Source: Girardia tigrina (Eukaryota). From it: a DNA stretch of 59,195 nt. Shown here piece by piece: positions 1 to 12,660 of this stretch. The translations under genes and the position numbers were made by a program. The notes under the pieces are model-generated. The model ran no database searches. It had not been told where the DNA came from and was given only the letters and a program-made list of their open reading frames with translations. How positions within the stretch are numbered: position 1 is the first letter of the stretch; each line of letters begins with the position of its first letter. The stretch covers positions 103,821 through 163,015 of the forward strand of contig MQRK01234068.1 of the NCBI GenBank assembly GCA_001938485.1. Reading direction: 5' to 3'.

Positions 1-239
1 TCTGAATAATTGGAGTCAGATCAAAAGATAAAAGATTATTGATTGAGAATTATTGATAAAAGATTATTGATTGAGAATTATTGATTAAAGATTATTGATT
101 AAAGAATAAAGAATAGAGACTTACGATTAAAGATAGAGATTTAAGATTTGTGTTTTAAAAGTGAATAATTGAATCAAAGATAATTTTTAATAATTTAAAA
201 ACCCAACAAATATAATTTTTATGGTCTTTTAAAAAAATC

Positions 240-1335
240 ATGGAAAATTTTGAAATTCGTGTTCTTTTACGCCATTACTGGAAACCGGGCTTAAACGCAA
301 CTGCAGCAACAAAGAAGATATGCGAAGTTGAAGGCGATAATGTGGTCTCAAATCGTACTGCACAAAATTAGTTCAAAAGGTTCAACGAAGGCGACATTGA
401 CCTCGGAGACAATGTACGTCCAGGCCGACCTATCACCGTAGATTCCGGAGCAATTCGTGAAGCCGTCGAGACACATCCGTCAATAAGTACTCACAGATTG
501 TCGGCCGAACTCGATATTCCTCAAACATCCATTGTACGACACCTTCACACTCTTGGCAAGGTCAATAGTCGATGTCGAGAAGTGCCTCATGAATTGACAC
601 AAATTCAAGCCGAAAAGCATTTCGAAACTTGTCAAAAATTGCTTGAAAATCCGCGCGATGACCGTTTCATCCGTCGAATTGTAACTTGCGATGAAAAGTG
701 GGCTTACTTCAGTAATCCAGACCAACAAAATCAATGGTTGGACCCCAAACAAATGACGAAACCAGTAGCAAAACGAGATCTCAAGGAAGCCACTTTTGTG
801 TGTTTGGTGGAATTTCGAAGGCGTGATTCACTTCGAGCTGGTTCCGAATAGTCGTACCATCGACGCTGACCTTTACTGCGCCCAACTTGATCGAATGTAT
901 GCGGTACGTGGCGAGAAATACCCCGCTTTGATCAATCGAAAGCGAGTTCTTCTACAACAGGACAATGCAAAACCGCACACCGCCAAACAAACAAAGGAAA
1001 AAATCAAACATCTCGACACATTTGAACTTCTTCCACACCCAGCGTATAGTCCAGATCTTGCGCCATCCGACTATCACTTTTCCGCTCTATGGCACACTTT
1101 CTTCGTGGTTGCAGCTTCAATAATCTGGCCGAGGTCGAAAACGGGTGTCACCAGTTCTTCGCTTCTAAGAACAAGGATTGGTACCGCAGCGGGATCGCAC
1201 AACTTGCCCATAGATGGGTTCAAGCTATAGATTCAAATGGCCTTTACTTTGAAACTTAAATGTTTTTTATTTGTTGTAAAATTATGTTTAAATTTTTAAT
1301 AAAAAATACGAAAAGACTTTTGGTTCACCCTAATA
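240..1335 (+). mobile_element. Mariner (DD34D) transposon, decayed, left TIR missing
   Basis: ATG at 240 (MENFEIRVLLRHYW...), then VPHEL, IVTCDEKW, QQDNAKPH and HPAYSPDLAPSDY motifs across frames, with one stop and frameshifts; stop at 1257-1259; right TIR ...ttttggttcaccctaa followed by TA at 1334-1335. Confidence 0.93.
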
Positions 1336-2196
1336 TAATCATTAATCTCAATTAATTTAAATTATTTTTAATAAAAATAACGCAATTTGTAAAAAAAATA
1401 TTTTAAATACTTGATTAATAAATTTTACAAAGTTGATTAAGTTTCCTAAGATTCTTAGGTGGTTTTTGTGGCTTCTGGTTGCAAATTAAACATAACAAAT
1501 GGGTTTATAAATGGCTTAATGTTTATCCTTTTTAGTATTTCGAACAATTGTATGGCTTTCTAAAGATTCCTTTGACAAAGATATATATTTAAAAGGAAGA
1601 ATTTAAGTTTTCAATTATGAATAAAGACGAAAATTAACGGGCACAAGAATTCAGTAATCTAATTTTTTATTTCGTTTTCTCTGTTTAATTTTCCATGAGA
1701 ATTATACCGAAAGTATTGTAAATATAAAGGAAAAATGTAAAAGATAATGACTCTTAATATTGTAATAATATTTATAAAATTTTGGAATGATATGGGGGAT
1801 GTTTAATGTTCAAATATGATCATATATTTTGAGGTTTTCTTGAAAGAATTCGGTCACAGTCATCATCCATTTTTGAAAGATGATATTCTGAAGGAAGTTC
1901 TTTTCAAAATAATGCAAAGATCTGGAAAAGCTTTTTCTTTAATTATGGAATAGTTGAACATTTACGTTTATTATTTCTCATTTTAAAATATTTTTATATG
2001 ATTATTTGCAACTATTTGTCGATAAGTGAGTGGATTATGAATCTTCGTTTATTTCGAAACAGTGAACTATTTGTAATGGGAAAACGATAAAAGAGACATA
2101 TTTAATCATATAAACACAAATGAGGTGCATTTCAGGTTTAAGCTAATCTAATTTATCTATCTTCAAAGATACACTATCCAAGAATGACTTTAATAA

Positions 2197-2427
2197 AGGA
2201 CTTTGGAGTCGGAGTCGGAGTGAAGGAGTCTGAGTTTTTGTATTTTTCGGGAAGTCGGAGTCGGAGTCTGACTCTGAGTCGAAGATTGAGCCGAAGTCGA
2301 CCAAAATTATAACCAATATTATCAATTGACCTAAAAAGGAGTCGGACTCGGAGTCGGAGTCGAAGGCTGAGTCGATGTTGGAGTCGGAGTCGGAGTCTAA
2401 CAATTTTAGTCCGACTCCGCAGCCCTC
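2197..2427. repeat. Non-autonomous element with (GGAGTC)n array, hAT-like MITE
   Basis: GGAGTC hexamer runs; ends ccgactccgcagccct, inverted relative to the start; explains the D/S-rich pseudo-ORF 2143-2403. Confidence 0.65.
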
Positions 2428-2519
2428 GACTTATTATAAATCATGGAACAGGTTATAATTTTTTTTAAAGATTACTACAAATATAGAATCAACAAACGAC
2501 TTTTTAATCTTTTTGTCAG

Positions 2520-3400
2520 TAAAATAAACGCACCCCAAAAGAGTACGAGATTTTTGTTTGCATGATTAATATTTTGTTGGGAAACCATTATTTTTAGGCT
2601 TTTATTCTTACTGACCTGTAATCTACAAAGTCCCGGCATTATTTATAGAAATGACTTTTTGCTATTCTGAAAAATTATAGTTTTGTAAAAGTCAATAAGT
2701 TTTTATTGGGATCAAATCTAATCCAACATTATTATGAGTAAACTAAGACTTTTTAAACTTTGATGAACGTCAAGGGTTAGAATTTTGTTTGAAAGATATC
2801 CATGTTGATCAAGAACTCTTAATTTAACATGTTAATGTATTTTCCGGAGTTTAATGAAACAGCTGGAGATATTATTTCAATATCTCCTCTACCAAAACTT
2901 AACAAAATTCTTCAGATCATTAAATTTTTAGCTTGCTTTACCGTAGAAACCACATAATTGACGGCCTGCTTATCTTAGCCATCTCTTTTGACCATTGATC
3001 TTCCATTCAATCTTTAAGCAAATTACAAAATCTCATTTGAAGCAAAGGTTTTATACTTTGTCTTGTGCGAGTAGGAAATTTACATATACATACAAAATAT
3101 ATCTATGGATTGTATTATCCGGAATTTTAATTCATCTATAGAATCTGAATGTATTTTTTGCAATGTCTGATGATTAAATAAAAGAATTTTTGTAAAATTA
3201 GAATTGTGTTACATCTACATGAACTTCTCTAAACAGGAAAAGATCCTTCTTTTCGAAATAATTTCTACACTTTTTCCCCTGTAGACTGAGTAATTTTTTT
3301 CATTAAGCTGCAATTTTCCGTTGATGGAGACACTTAGTTTTGCCAGAGAGACCTCCTCTGTACTCTGATGTTTTGCCCATTATCATCACAAGTACTTGAG
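2520..3400 (-). mobile_element. Highly decayed Tc1-like transposase remnant
   Basis: Minus-strand fragments MGKTSE..., QRKIAA, ITQSTGEKV*KLFRKEGS and KPLL resemble a Tc1 N-terminal HTH and linker; many stops; boundaries approximate. Confidence 0.4.
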
Positions 3401-3929
3401 TAATTAAAGTAAATAAAAACTTATTTAAAATTGCATAAAATTCATTATTGCGGTGAAACAAATCAATTTTGGTTGAACAGTACGGGTATCAATGCAAATC
3501 AGATGCTTCAGATTATTTTCATATTCGAACATTTATAACAATAATGTATGAAACACAACAATGTAAAAAGGATGAATAAAGTTTATCAAATTCCTTCTTG
3601 TTTGTTTTGCGATACAAATTAGAAAATCGAATAAAAGTTAAAAGTTCGAAAACTTTACTATTTTCCATTCATATATCCCTAGACTGAGATCTTTTTATTG
3701 TATGTTCTATTATAATACATTATAAAAACACATTATAAAAAAATACATTATAAATATCTACATAATTACTGTTTTATTTTAAATCATTTTCAAACGTATT
3801 TTAAATAAATTGTAACGATTTCTATTAATTTAAAATTATTTAGATGCTGTTATTTCAATATTATTTATTTAAAAGCATTTAACTTAAATATAATTTTAGA
3901 TCTTTAAAATATTTGAATGGTACAACTTT

Positions 3930-4103
3930 ATTTGTTCGAATAATTCGAGATTTAGAAACAGAATTTTAATTAATCAATCAAGAACGATGTCGAATTACAA
4001 ACTTTTTGTGGAGAATTGTTTTGACGGCAATTCGGGTTGTGATGTCAATAAATGTATTGGAAATTAAAATTCTGTTCCTAAATCTCGAATTATTCGAACA
4101 AAT
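3930..4103. mobile_element. MITE with ~40-bp TIRs (tttgttcgaataattcgagatttag...)
   Basis: Terminal inverted repeats read directly; related TIR-like sequence recurs at ~18410-18452 and ~49567-49620. Confidence 0.75.
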
Positions 4104-5311
4104 GTAAATTTCAATTCCTTACTAAAATATTTTTAAATTAATTTCAAAAATATTTTTATTCATTTTAAATGCATTATCTATGATTAAATAAATCTTTACG
4201 TTGCACAACAACAATAAACACCATTCGAAAATATTCTTCACAATTATTATTATTATTATTTAAAAAAATATTATTATTTTATAACATTTATTATATCTTA
4301 ACTAATTATTTTAATTGTCAATTTTCTGCCATAAATTAACACTGTGGCTTAAAGGAGACCGCAAAGTGCCGAAGTTGAAAATGGATTCAGCAGGTCGAAC
4401 ATATATATTAAATAAATTTTAATATGATCAAAATAATAAACTTAAAGCTTGTGTATTTCCTGAGCTTTGTAAACTGCGTTGGTGGTCTGAGAAATCAGGA
4501 AACAGAATTTCCTTATTAAAAGAGTAAATCTTTGAACATTCTTGAGGGGAGGTTAACTATATTTTACATCAATTTTGTAATCTCTCCCTACAGTCCTGTA
4601 TTTTAAAAGTGAATGAGACAAAATTGATGTTTTTTTTGTTAATCTCTAGTGGTTTTTGTTATTCCTTAAAGATGATTCCGAAGAAAATTAACAACTTTAT
4701 GATTATTTTACCGAATCCGGAAAATGTTCGCGTAACACTCAACCCGACATACTTATCCCATGATACTTAAAGAGAAGGATCATTAAAATGTGGGTGGCAC
4801 AAGAGTATCATACAATTGCAATTTATTATTTTTTTTCTTAATAATAATATTATCTTCCTTAAACCTCGGAGTACGACAAAATTTTGCATTTAGAAACCTT
4901 AACATTATTTACTCACAAAGTAATTATTACTTTGAAGAATTTTCACAAATTTTCTCTGTTAATACACCCTGTTGAACCATGCTTGGTATCACGAAGCGTA
5001 CAAGAAATAGACAATCGAAGTAAGTTAACTATTACTTAAAAATCAAAAATATTTGCTACCGATAAATTTAAAAAATAATCTGTATAACATTAAAATAAAC
5101 CATAAATTATTGTTTACTGTTCGAAAATGGGACATAATTTGGACATTTTATTTCGATTCATAACGACAACCACAAATCCTAATAGAAAAAAATCATAAAT
5201 ACGATTTGATCATCAATTTTTATTGGTAATGATTTCATCTTCTGATTGTTCGATCAACATAAATAATTTATTAACAATAGTAAAGTTTTGCAATACGGTA
5301 TTATCGGTGAT

Positions 5312-6025
5312 CAGTGGCGGATTTAACTATAGGACTGCGGGTCTGACCGCCCACCCCCACGCCCATGTTGGATTCTAAATGGCGCCCCCAAGATGACTTT
5401 TATAAATGTATAGTTTTGTGTACAAGAATTAGTTGCATTATGATTAAGTTTCATCCTTAACACTGACGCAAGGTCTGTGACACAGAAGAACTAAATGGAT
5501 TGGTTTGGTATGTATTATTAACGTGTACACTGCAACATATTGCTGCTGATGCTTTGCTATTTGTAATATTACCATGTTGTATTGTTATACATAGATGATG
5601 CAGTAGGCTAGCAGGTATAATATTTTTGGGCAGTGGAGAATACTACTGAGACTTAAGATTTCACTTTTCACTTGCTTGTACAAGTTTTGTCTGTCTATAA
5701 AGTCCAACGGGGGTTAATACACTCCAGTTACCACTCTACACTACAGTCATTTATTAATATTAAATATATCCGGCCGGAGTAAACCCACATATTATTAAAA
5801 GTCGGTAATAATGACGGGTCAACAAAACTTCATTATTTTTAATAGTTATTTATTTTTTGGTGCTGCCTACCGCTGGAACAAGATAGCTGGGAGCGTACAA
5901 ATCGTGTATATTATGGTATTTACTCAATATTAAAATTAGTAGGGCTGGTACTACCTTTATCCTTTTTGGCGCCCCCTGAAAGTTTTCTCGCCCCCACCAC
6001 GCACCAAAATCTAAATCCGCCACTG
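5312..6025. mobile_element. hAT-type MITE
   Basis: TIRs cagtggcggattta / taaatccgccactg with a perfect 8-bp TSD TCGGTGAT (5304-5311 and 6026-6033). Confidence 0.92.
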
Positions 6026-7011
6026 TCGGTGATTGGGACAAAAATTAAATTTCATGATACCGATATTATGGAGCTTGAAAACCAGTATTAAAAAAATTAA
6101 GAATTGAAATCTGTACTCCAAAAACAATATTTAGTAGGTACATGATAATCCGATCTGGACTCGTGCACTAAAAATCACTAAATTATAGTAAACCCTCTTG
6201 TAAATTGATGTCATCCTTTTACATCTGATTTAATGGATCGGTTATTATAGTTGTTAAATCCTATTACACTTTTGGTTGCATTTGCAATGTATGTTATCCA
6301 AGATAGAATTTGCATGTAAAAAATGTATGGATGACAATAGTAAATAATAATCTATAACTTTGTGTTTTAATATATCCTTCAAAAAGACGGATATCAGTAA
6401 AATAGGTATAGTGTTAATTGAAATATCTATTTCTTATTCGGAGGAAGTCAATACAAAAACGCTGAATATCGTTTTACTTTGGTCAACATTAGTATATGTT
6501 ACTAAGTTGTACAGCGATACATATTACAAATAATAATTATTTTAAAAGAAGTAAATAAGTAAAATGTCAATATGACCAAACAGACAATGGATTTACTGAA
6601 AATATATACAAAAATATTCCGAGTCATATCCAGCTCACTCAAGGCTACTCAAACCCATGGGAGTAATTGGCATTGAAGCGACTTGAAGGGGCTAGGTCAT
6701 TTGACTGTCATTACGACGACTGCGGAATTTCGATTTTATGTAAATTAATTTACAGAAAACCATCTCAAGAGTATTTGTTGATTTGAATATGTCTGACTGG
6801 TGGTAAGTATTTTTAAGGAGCTGAGGAAAAGTTTATTGCCTAATAATTAGAATGTTATACTTGGAAATTGATCTGTGAGCCGCAGGTTGAGAACCACTGA
6901 TTCTTCACTCTTATTCTTCAAATTAATTTTCGGTCAATTTTATTTTCATTAAATTTGTTTACTTCACTATTTCATTGATTTTTATTGACAATGTTCATAA
7001 ATTCGTATAAA

Positions 7012-8415
7012 CAGGGTTATTAAAAATTATATCCATTTTACTAATATTTATATCCAATTCAATAGTTAATTAGTACGTTATGTATTTGAATTAAGGAAAT
7101 CATTAAAAAATTCATCCCAATATGGAAAATAATAACAACATCAACAATGTCACAGTTTCTGATCAAAGGTTAAGGGCTAGGAAGAAAAGAATCCCATTAA
7201 CTTTAGAAAAGCTAAGACTAATTGAAACTATGGATGAAAAGGGCGTCTCGGTATCAATCATATCTGAGCGATTAAACTTATCTAAATCAACTGTATATAA
7301 AAAGTTAGAAAAAATTTATTTATGCAAGGAGCAAGGTAAAAACGTATCTGGGTTGATAAAGAAACCTGGCCCAAAGGTAATGGAAACCAATGAAAAGAAA
7401 ATGATTTTGTCCGATATAGTTCAGGAAGATAATGAACTGACACAGCAAGGAATGGTTTCCAAACTGAAAGAAAGTGGTATCTTTGTGTCTCAGGCGACTG
7501 TATCAAACTGCCTCAAAAAATTAGATATCACCAGAAAACGTTTAAAGTTACGTTCAAGTGTTGTCTTAAATGATGAACTGATACACAAAAGAAAGATTTA
7601 TGCAAGAGAATTTCTAAGAGATATGATTAACAAGCGCTTGTTTTTCTTGGATGAAACAGGCTTTAATCTCCATATCTCTAAGTCATATGGATATTCTCCT
7701 AAAAACGTTGATGCGATAAGACATGTTCCTTCAAACCGTGGAAGAAATCTTTCTTTGTTAGCAATAATTTCAGATATCAAAGTGATGAATTACAAGTTGT
7801 TGAGTGGTCCATACAATACCGAAAATTTTTTAGCTTTTTTTAATGATTGTATTTTACAAAATATTTTTGAGCCAAATTCGATTTTAATCATGGACAATGT
7901 GAAGTTTCACCATTCTGATAGTGTAAAGAGGTTTTTACAAGAAAGGAACATTAATTTTAAATATCTTCCTGCATATAGCCATTCTCTAAATTCTATTGAA
8001 GAAGTCTTTAGTGCTCTCAAAGCAAGATACACATCTTACAGACCAAGGCCAACATCTATAAATGAGATGTGTGAATTATTGAACACTTTAATTTCCTTCA
8101 TGAACGACAATGATTCGTTTAATTTCCAGAATTTATATTTTTCATATGCACGAATTTGTCAGAAAAGCATACAATGGAGAGCAATTTTAAATAAAATCTT
8201 ATATGACTTTTTTCTTTCTATTTTAATATACTTGTAAAATTTTGTATGGTATATCGTACATAAGAGACTTTTACTAAAAACTAGTGAAGAATATTAAAAG
8301 TATGACTTAAAAGCATATATTTTTGAAACAAAAATGAATTAATACTATATATCTAAAAATATTATAATTTTTAATAAAATGGATATAATTTTTAATAAAG
8401 TGGATATAATTATTA
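7012..8415 (+). mobile_element. IS630/Tc1-like DD34E DNA transposon
   Basis: Subterminal inverted repeats built from ~21-bp direct repeats (ttattaaaaattatatccatt) at ~7012-7070 and ~8362-8415 flank the transposase ORF. Confidence 0.8.
7122..8237 (+). CDS. IS630/Tc1-like DD34E transposase (HTH + DDE), near-intact
   Basis: FFLDETGF, ILIMDNVKFH and YLPAYSHSLNSIEE motifs; 34 residues between the second D and E; a probable frameshift in the T-run near 8140 (alternative frame ends HMHEFVRKAYNGEQF*). Confidence 0.9.
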   Translation: MENNNNINNVTVSDQRLRARKKRIPLTLEKLRLIETMDEKGVSVSIISERLNLSKSTVYKKLEKIYLCKEQGKNVSGLIKKPGPKVMETNEKKMILSDIVQEDNELTQQGMVSKLKESGIFVSQATVSNCLKKLDITRKRLKLRSSVVLNDELIHKRKIYAREFLRDMINKRLFFLDETGFNLHISKSYGYSPKNVDAIRHVPSNRGRNLSLLAIISDIKVMNYKLLSGPYNTENFLAFFNDCILQNIFEPNSILIMDNVKFHHSDSVKRFLQERNINFKYLPAYSHSLNSIEEVFSALKARYTSYRPRPTSINEMCELLNTLISFMNDNDSFNFQNLYFSYARICQKSIQWRAILNKILYDFFLSILIYL

Positions 8416-8511
8416 ACACATTGACTGCTGTTGACATCATGCACCGAACGTCTGCTACGCGCGCTACGCGTGGGACAAAAAAGTTTACATTGTTGCCTTT
8501 TTAGCATTTAA

Positions 8512-8647
8512 CACATTGAATGCTGAGTACGAAATATCTCGTACTTAGCGTCTTAGTAATGTAAGCCAAAGTACGAGATATCTCGTACTTAGCGTCTAAC
8601 TAATGAATATTGAAGTACGAGATATCTCGTACTCAGCATTCAATGTG
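8512..8647. mobile_element. piggyBac-like MITE with three internal palindromes
   Basis: TTAA at 8508-8511, TIR cacattgaatgctgagtacg / cgtactcagcattcaatgtg, then TAAA; three copies of agtacgagatatctcgtact (first has one mismatch). Confidence 0.75.
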
Positions 8648-9439
8648 TAAATTTTCTCATAATTTTATTTATTGTTTTATTAATATTTATCGATATTTAT
8701 TTTCTAAAATTAAAGTTAAACTTTTAAATGTTGTATTGACTTATTTTTAAAAACCAAATGTTGCCAACGATTTACAAGTTCAAATTATTAGCAGTCCAAA
8801 GACATCACAATCTTCTAAATGAGAAAATTTGTCAATGAAGTGAAAGTGATATTTTACGATTCAAAGAAGAATTTCGTCCACTGATAGTAATAAAACTGAA
8901 AGGCTCCAAAATATCAAAAACATCCTCCAAGCAAATCTAAAGCTATTTTACAGCAAAATATCAAGATTAAAAATTGAAATTTTTAAATCAAGTATTGAAA
9001 TTGAGCAATCCTTTACTTTGATGTCGGTTAATTTTGCACCAAGAAAAGATTCAGAATGAATGACTCCACAGTAGACTCTTTCTGCTACTGGAACTCATTA
9101 TTTAAATCAATACAATAAGCTTCTTCTGTTCAGTTTCTTGACCTTACAATGTCTGAACCGATAGTATCAATGAATAGTTTTTAACTAATTATCTGACCTT
9201 ACCCTTAAACACTTAAAATAAGTAGAAAGAAATACATAATTTTTATAATATAAAAAACGTTTTACTTGTCAAAACCAATACCGGCATTAAAAAACTCAAG
9301 TATTTCGCGTTTCTTAGATCATGGTCGGTTGATACTTTTAAAGAATCTTTTAGTTTACATAAGTGTATTTAATACTAAAAAAGTTAGGATTTGTTTAAAT
9401 TTTATTATTATTCGTATTTTAGATTTACTTGTGAAATTT

Positions 9440-10061
9440 TATACAGAAATTCGCGTGACTAAAAGATATGTTTCGTTAAATGAAGTCTTTGATACGTCTA
9501 AAAGTTTATCCAAGACTGGAAATATCGCTACTTCAGTATTCGTTATAGAGAAATGTGACAGATCGTTCCACGCTTCCTAACAAATGAAATGTGTGAAAAC
9601 AGACTCAGTACGTGTCAGGCCGATCTTATGACATTGGAGCCAGTTGAAGATAAAGTTCTGAAAAATGTCATGACAGTTGACAAAAACCTGCTCGCTCTAT
9701 CTATCTACCAGACACTAAATATGAGTCTTAAGAATGGAAATACCCAAACGATACGAGCACAAAGAAGTTACGATCATTAACTTGCCACCGGAAATTTCTC
9801 ATGTTAACTATGTTTTGATATTTAGATTTTTTTCTTCATCTCAAGAAACACATACGATGTAGACAGTTCACCTCGAAAGTAGAAAAATTCTACGACAATG
9901 ACTTCTAAGAGCAGGTTAGGCGCTGGAATAAGTGTGTAGAGAATGGTGGGACCTATATTGAAAAATAAATACCTATACGTGCCCATAAATGTTGGTTAAA
10001 AATTATTTATATGCCGACTTCTTTTCCATTTCATTCCTGGCATTTATTGTGATCACCACGT
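9440..10061 (+). mobile_element. Internally deleted mariner remnant
   Basis: FFHLKKHIR...RRWNKCVENGGTYIEK C-terminal motif; 3' end resembles that of the remnant ending near 50970. Confidence 0.6.
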
Positions 10062-10242
10062 TCAGCCCTTTATGATATGTAATAATAAGTGTACAATGTA
10101 GATTATGAACAAAATATATTTATAATTTTTAATTAATTAAAAAGAATGAAATAAAAGCAAGACTTTCTCAAATTAATATTCACTATTTTTAAATAATTAA
10201 TAAGGAAAAAAGTATAATTACAATATTGAGAATTGGTTTAGA

Positions 10243-10599
10243 CAGAGTCGTAGTGAGGGCGGTGCGAGCGGTGCGGCCGCACCGGGCGCATGGGCGCCAA
10301 AATCTGAAGGGGCGCCAAAATTGCAAAATGACCAATTTTGACTGATCAGATCTCTGTAGGTTAATCACTTTATAATAATAATTATAGTAGTCTATTTTGT
10401 TTAATGGCAAAACATCCATGAATTTATCCGAATAAATTGATGTTTTCTTATAGCTAGGCGATGTAGAGCATGTGAATACGAACGTCCAAAGTCAATTTAA
10501 TTCTTTTAAGGCATAATTTGTAGTAGTGATTTTTTTTCGCGCTGGGGGCGCCAGATTTGAACTTCGCACAGGGCGCAATTTTTCCATACTGCGGCTCTG
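10243..10599. mobile_element. hAT-type MITE ~290 bp downstream of the bHLH stop codon
   Basis: Termini cagagtcgtagt / actgcggctctg with a perfect 8-bp TSD GGTTTAGA (10235-10242 and 10600-10607). Confidence 0.9.
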
Positions 10600-10889
10600 G
10601 GTTTAGAGAACCTTTAGTATTCAGAATATAAAAGGTCTTCAAGATGTTAGGAAATAGTGATATTTCGTTTCTATTTAAGGTTTTTTTCAACTTTTTTTTA
10701 ATTTTAAATTAGTGAGGGTCTGAAAAAATTTTAAAGATTATCTCTAAAACTAGTTCTTTTGCATTTACCTAAGACTTTTCACTAATAATTATGTTTTAAT
10801 GATTTATGTCATATTTTTATTAAATCAAAAAAAAACATTTAAAATTATTAAATTCATTAATTTTCAATCATCTAAAACAATCTTAAAAT

Positions 10890-11486
10890 TTATTTATTTA
10901 ACTCTATAATAACAGATTGTTCATGGATAACTTTTGTTTGTTCATCATTGTTGATCTCTTGGTTCATATGTTTCAAAAATGATTCATCAACATCTTGATC
11001 TTGTCCGGATAAAATTTTCTCCAAAGTATTGATGTAACGTATTGCTGATCGCAAAATCTCAACTTTACTTATTCTTTTCTCACGATTTGGTAAAGGTAGA
11101 CAGCGACGCAATGTATCATAACCTTCGTTTACGTAGCGTACTCTTTCTCTCTCTCTTTCGTTGCGACGTCTAATAAAACTTTGCGCACAGCTGTAATGAT
11201 TGGAAAAGTGATAAGGAAATGGAACTGGATAATTGAATGGATCTTTGTGATTAGAAGCTGTGTTGTTCCCGTGCGGATTTATGCTTTGATTGCTAAACAC
11301 TGGTTTACGAGTTTTGCCTGTATGAAGAGAATGAGACGCAGAGAGTGGATTGTAGATGGCCGACATTTCTGGATAAGTAACCCAATACGGAAGAGTACTT
11401 TCATTATTGTGAATTTCATTACCCATAAATGGAGATGGCGATAATTCAGTTAGAAAATTATAGGAACCGTTCCGATATCTCTGCAT
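10890..11486 (-). CDS. ascl: Achaete-scute family bHLH transcription factor, ASC-b group (ASCL3/4/5-like), 198 aa, single coding exon
   Basis: bHLH FIRRRNERERERVRYVNEGYDTLRRCLPLPNREKRISKVEILRSAIRYINTLEKIL, preceded by YPVPFPY, as in ASC-b proteins; first true ATG at 11486, just downstream of a TAG acceptor. Confidence 0.92.
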   Translation of the reverse strand: MQRYRNGSYNFLTELSPSPFMGNEIHNNESTLPYWVTYPEMSAIYNPLSASHSLHTGKTRKPVFSNQSINPHGNNTASNHKDPFNYPVPFPYHFSNHYSCAQSFIRRRNERERERVRYVNEGYDTLRRCLPLPNREKRISKVEILRSAIRYINTLEKILSGQDQDVDESFLKHMNQEINNDEQTKVIHEQSVIIELNK

Positions 11487-11500
11487 TAAGTGGATTTTTA

Positions 11501-11750
11501 CTAAGAAAATATACAATTAATTGTCATTTAATTAGATTAAATAAATATAATTTGGAAAAATAAAGAAAATAATTTGCTAAATTAATATATTTAATCAAAA
11601 ATTAAAAATTCATACCGTGTTCTAAATGATTTATTTAAATTAAATTAATATTAACTAATGATTTTATTGCTAGTGCAGATTTAAGTTAATTTCGTCAATT
11701 AAATCAACCAATAGAAAGAAAGCGCTGAATTTTCGTTCGATTCTATTGGT
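11501..11750 (-). promoter_or_regulatory. Probable 5'UTR intron (11501-11615) and inverted CCAAT-box pair of the ascl gene
   Basis: Minus-strand CACG|GTATG donor and TTCTTAG acceptor; ACCAATAGAA...TTCTATTGGT 10-bp inverted pair at 11708-11750. Confidence 0.5.
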
Positions 11751-12660
11751 CAGATTCAGTAAACCGTAATTATATTTAGAATTATTTATTCACACATGAT
11801 TTAATTGTATATTAAATCAATATTTATTGGGTAAAACAAAATTAATTTGTATAAATTTATTTATTCAATCTTGATTTAATCTTAAGTAGAATAATTCGCA
11901 AATAAATGAACAAATTAAACTTTAATAGAAAAAATACTCGATATTTCTATATTTTTTATATTATAAAAATTATTCATTAAATTAAAAATAAATAAAATAC
12001 AGATGAGTTCATTAATTATTAAATTTTAAATTATGGTTTTAAAAGTCTAATTTACATTGCTTTTGACTTTTCCTCAAATTTTCGGTGGTTTAAAAAATTT
12101 TTATAAAATTTATTATAAAATTTAAATATTTTTATAAAATATTTAAGATGTATGTATAATATAAAATAATTTTTAAAAAAATTGATCATGGAACAAGTTT
12201 CCAAATTTTGTATTCCATCAACATTAATTATAATTTAATTTTTGTGAGTTTTAATGTTAATGTTTTAAAAAGTTATTTTTTACAGGAATAATGTTTAATT
12301 TATTTTAATTGTTTAAGATATTATTGGATAATAATGACGAAATGATTTTAAATTCAATTATTTAATTAATTTGAAGAGTTTGAATGGATCAAATTTGTCC
12401 ATTTTGGATGTTTATTAATGGGTTGTTGGGTCTTATTAATAATGAATTACAAAAGTGCCGCTCAAAATGTGAATCAAAGACCTTCTGTAAAACAGAAAAC
12501 TCATCCTTTGAAACAGAAGAGATTCTATTTTTACAATAAAACCAACAATTGAGAACCTGACTCGTTTGACTTGATTATGAATGCTCACTAATCCGGATTT
12601 TGGGATTAGGATTTGTATCTCACATATGGAGGTCTCATTTCTTTCAATAGTATAGAGCAT

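Noticed and set aside
28-110. ~28-bp tandem repeat (aaagattattgattgagaattattgat)
   Set aside because: Ordinary short minisatellite with no further structure.
2143-2403. Asp/Ser-repeat ORF
   Set aside because: Translation of the (GGAGTC)n array of a MITE.
8520-8640. CRISPR-like spaced palindromic repeats
   Set aside because: Eukaryotic context, no cas genes, spacers similar to each other, and enclosed by TIRs; it is a MITE.
11181-11444. 87-aa + strand ORF
   Set aside because: Antisense shadow of the ascl CDS.
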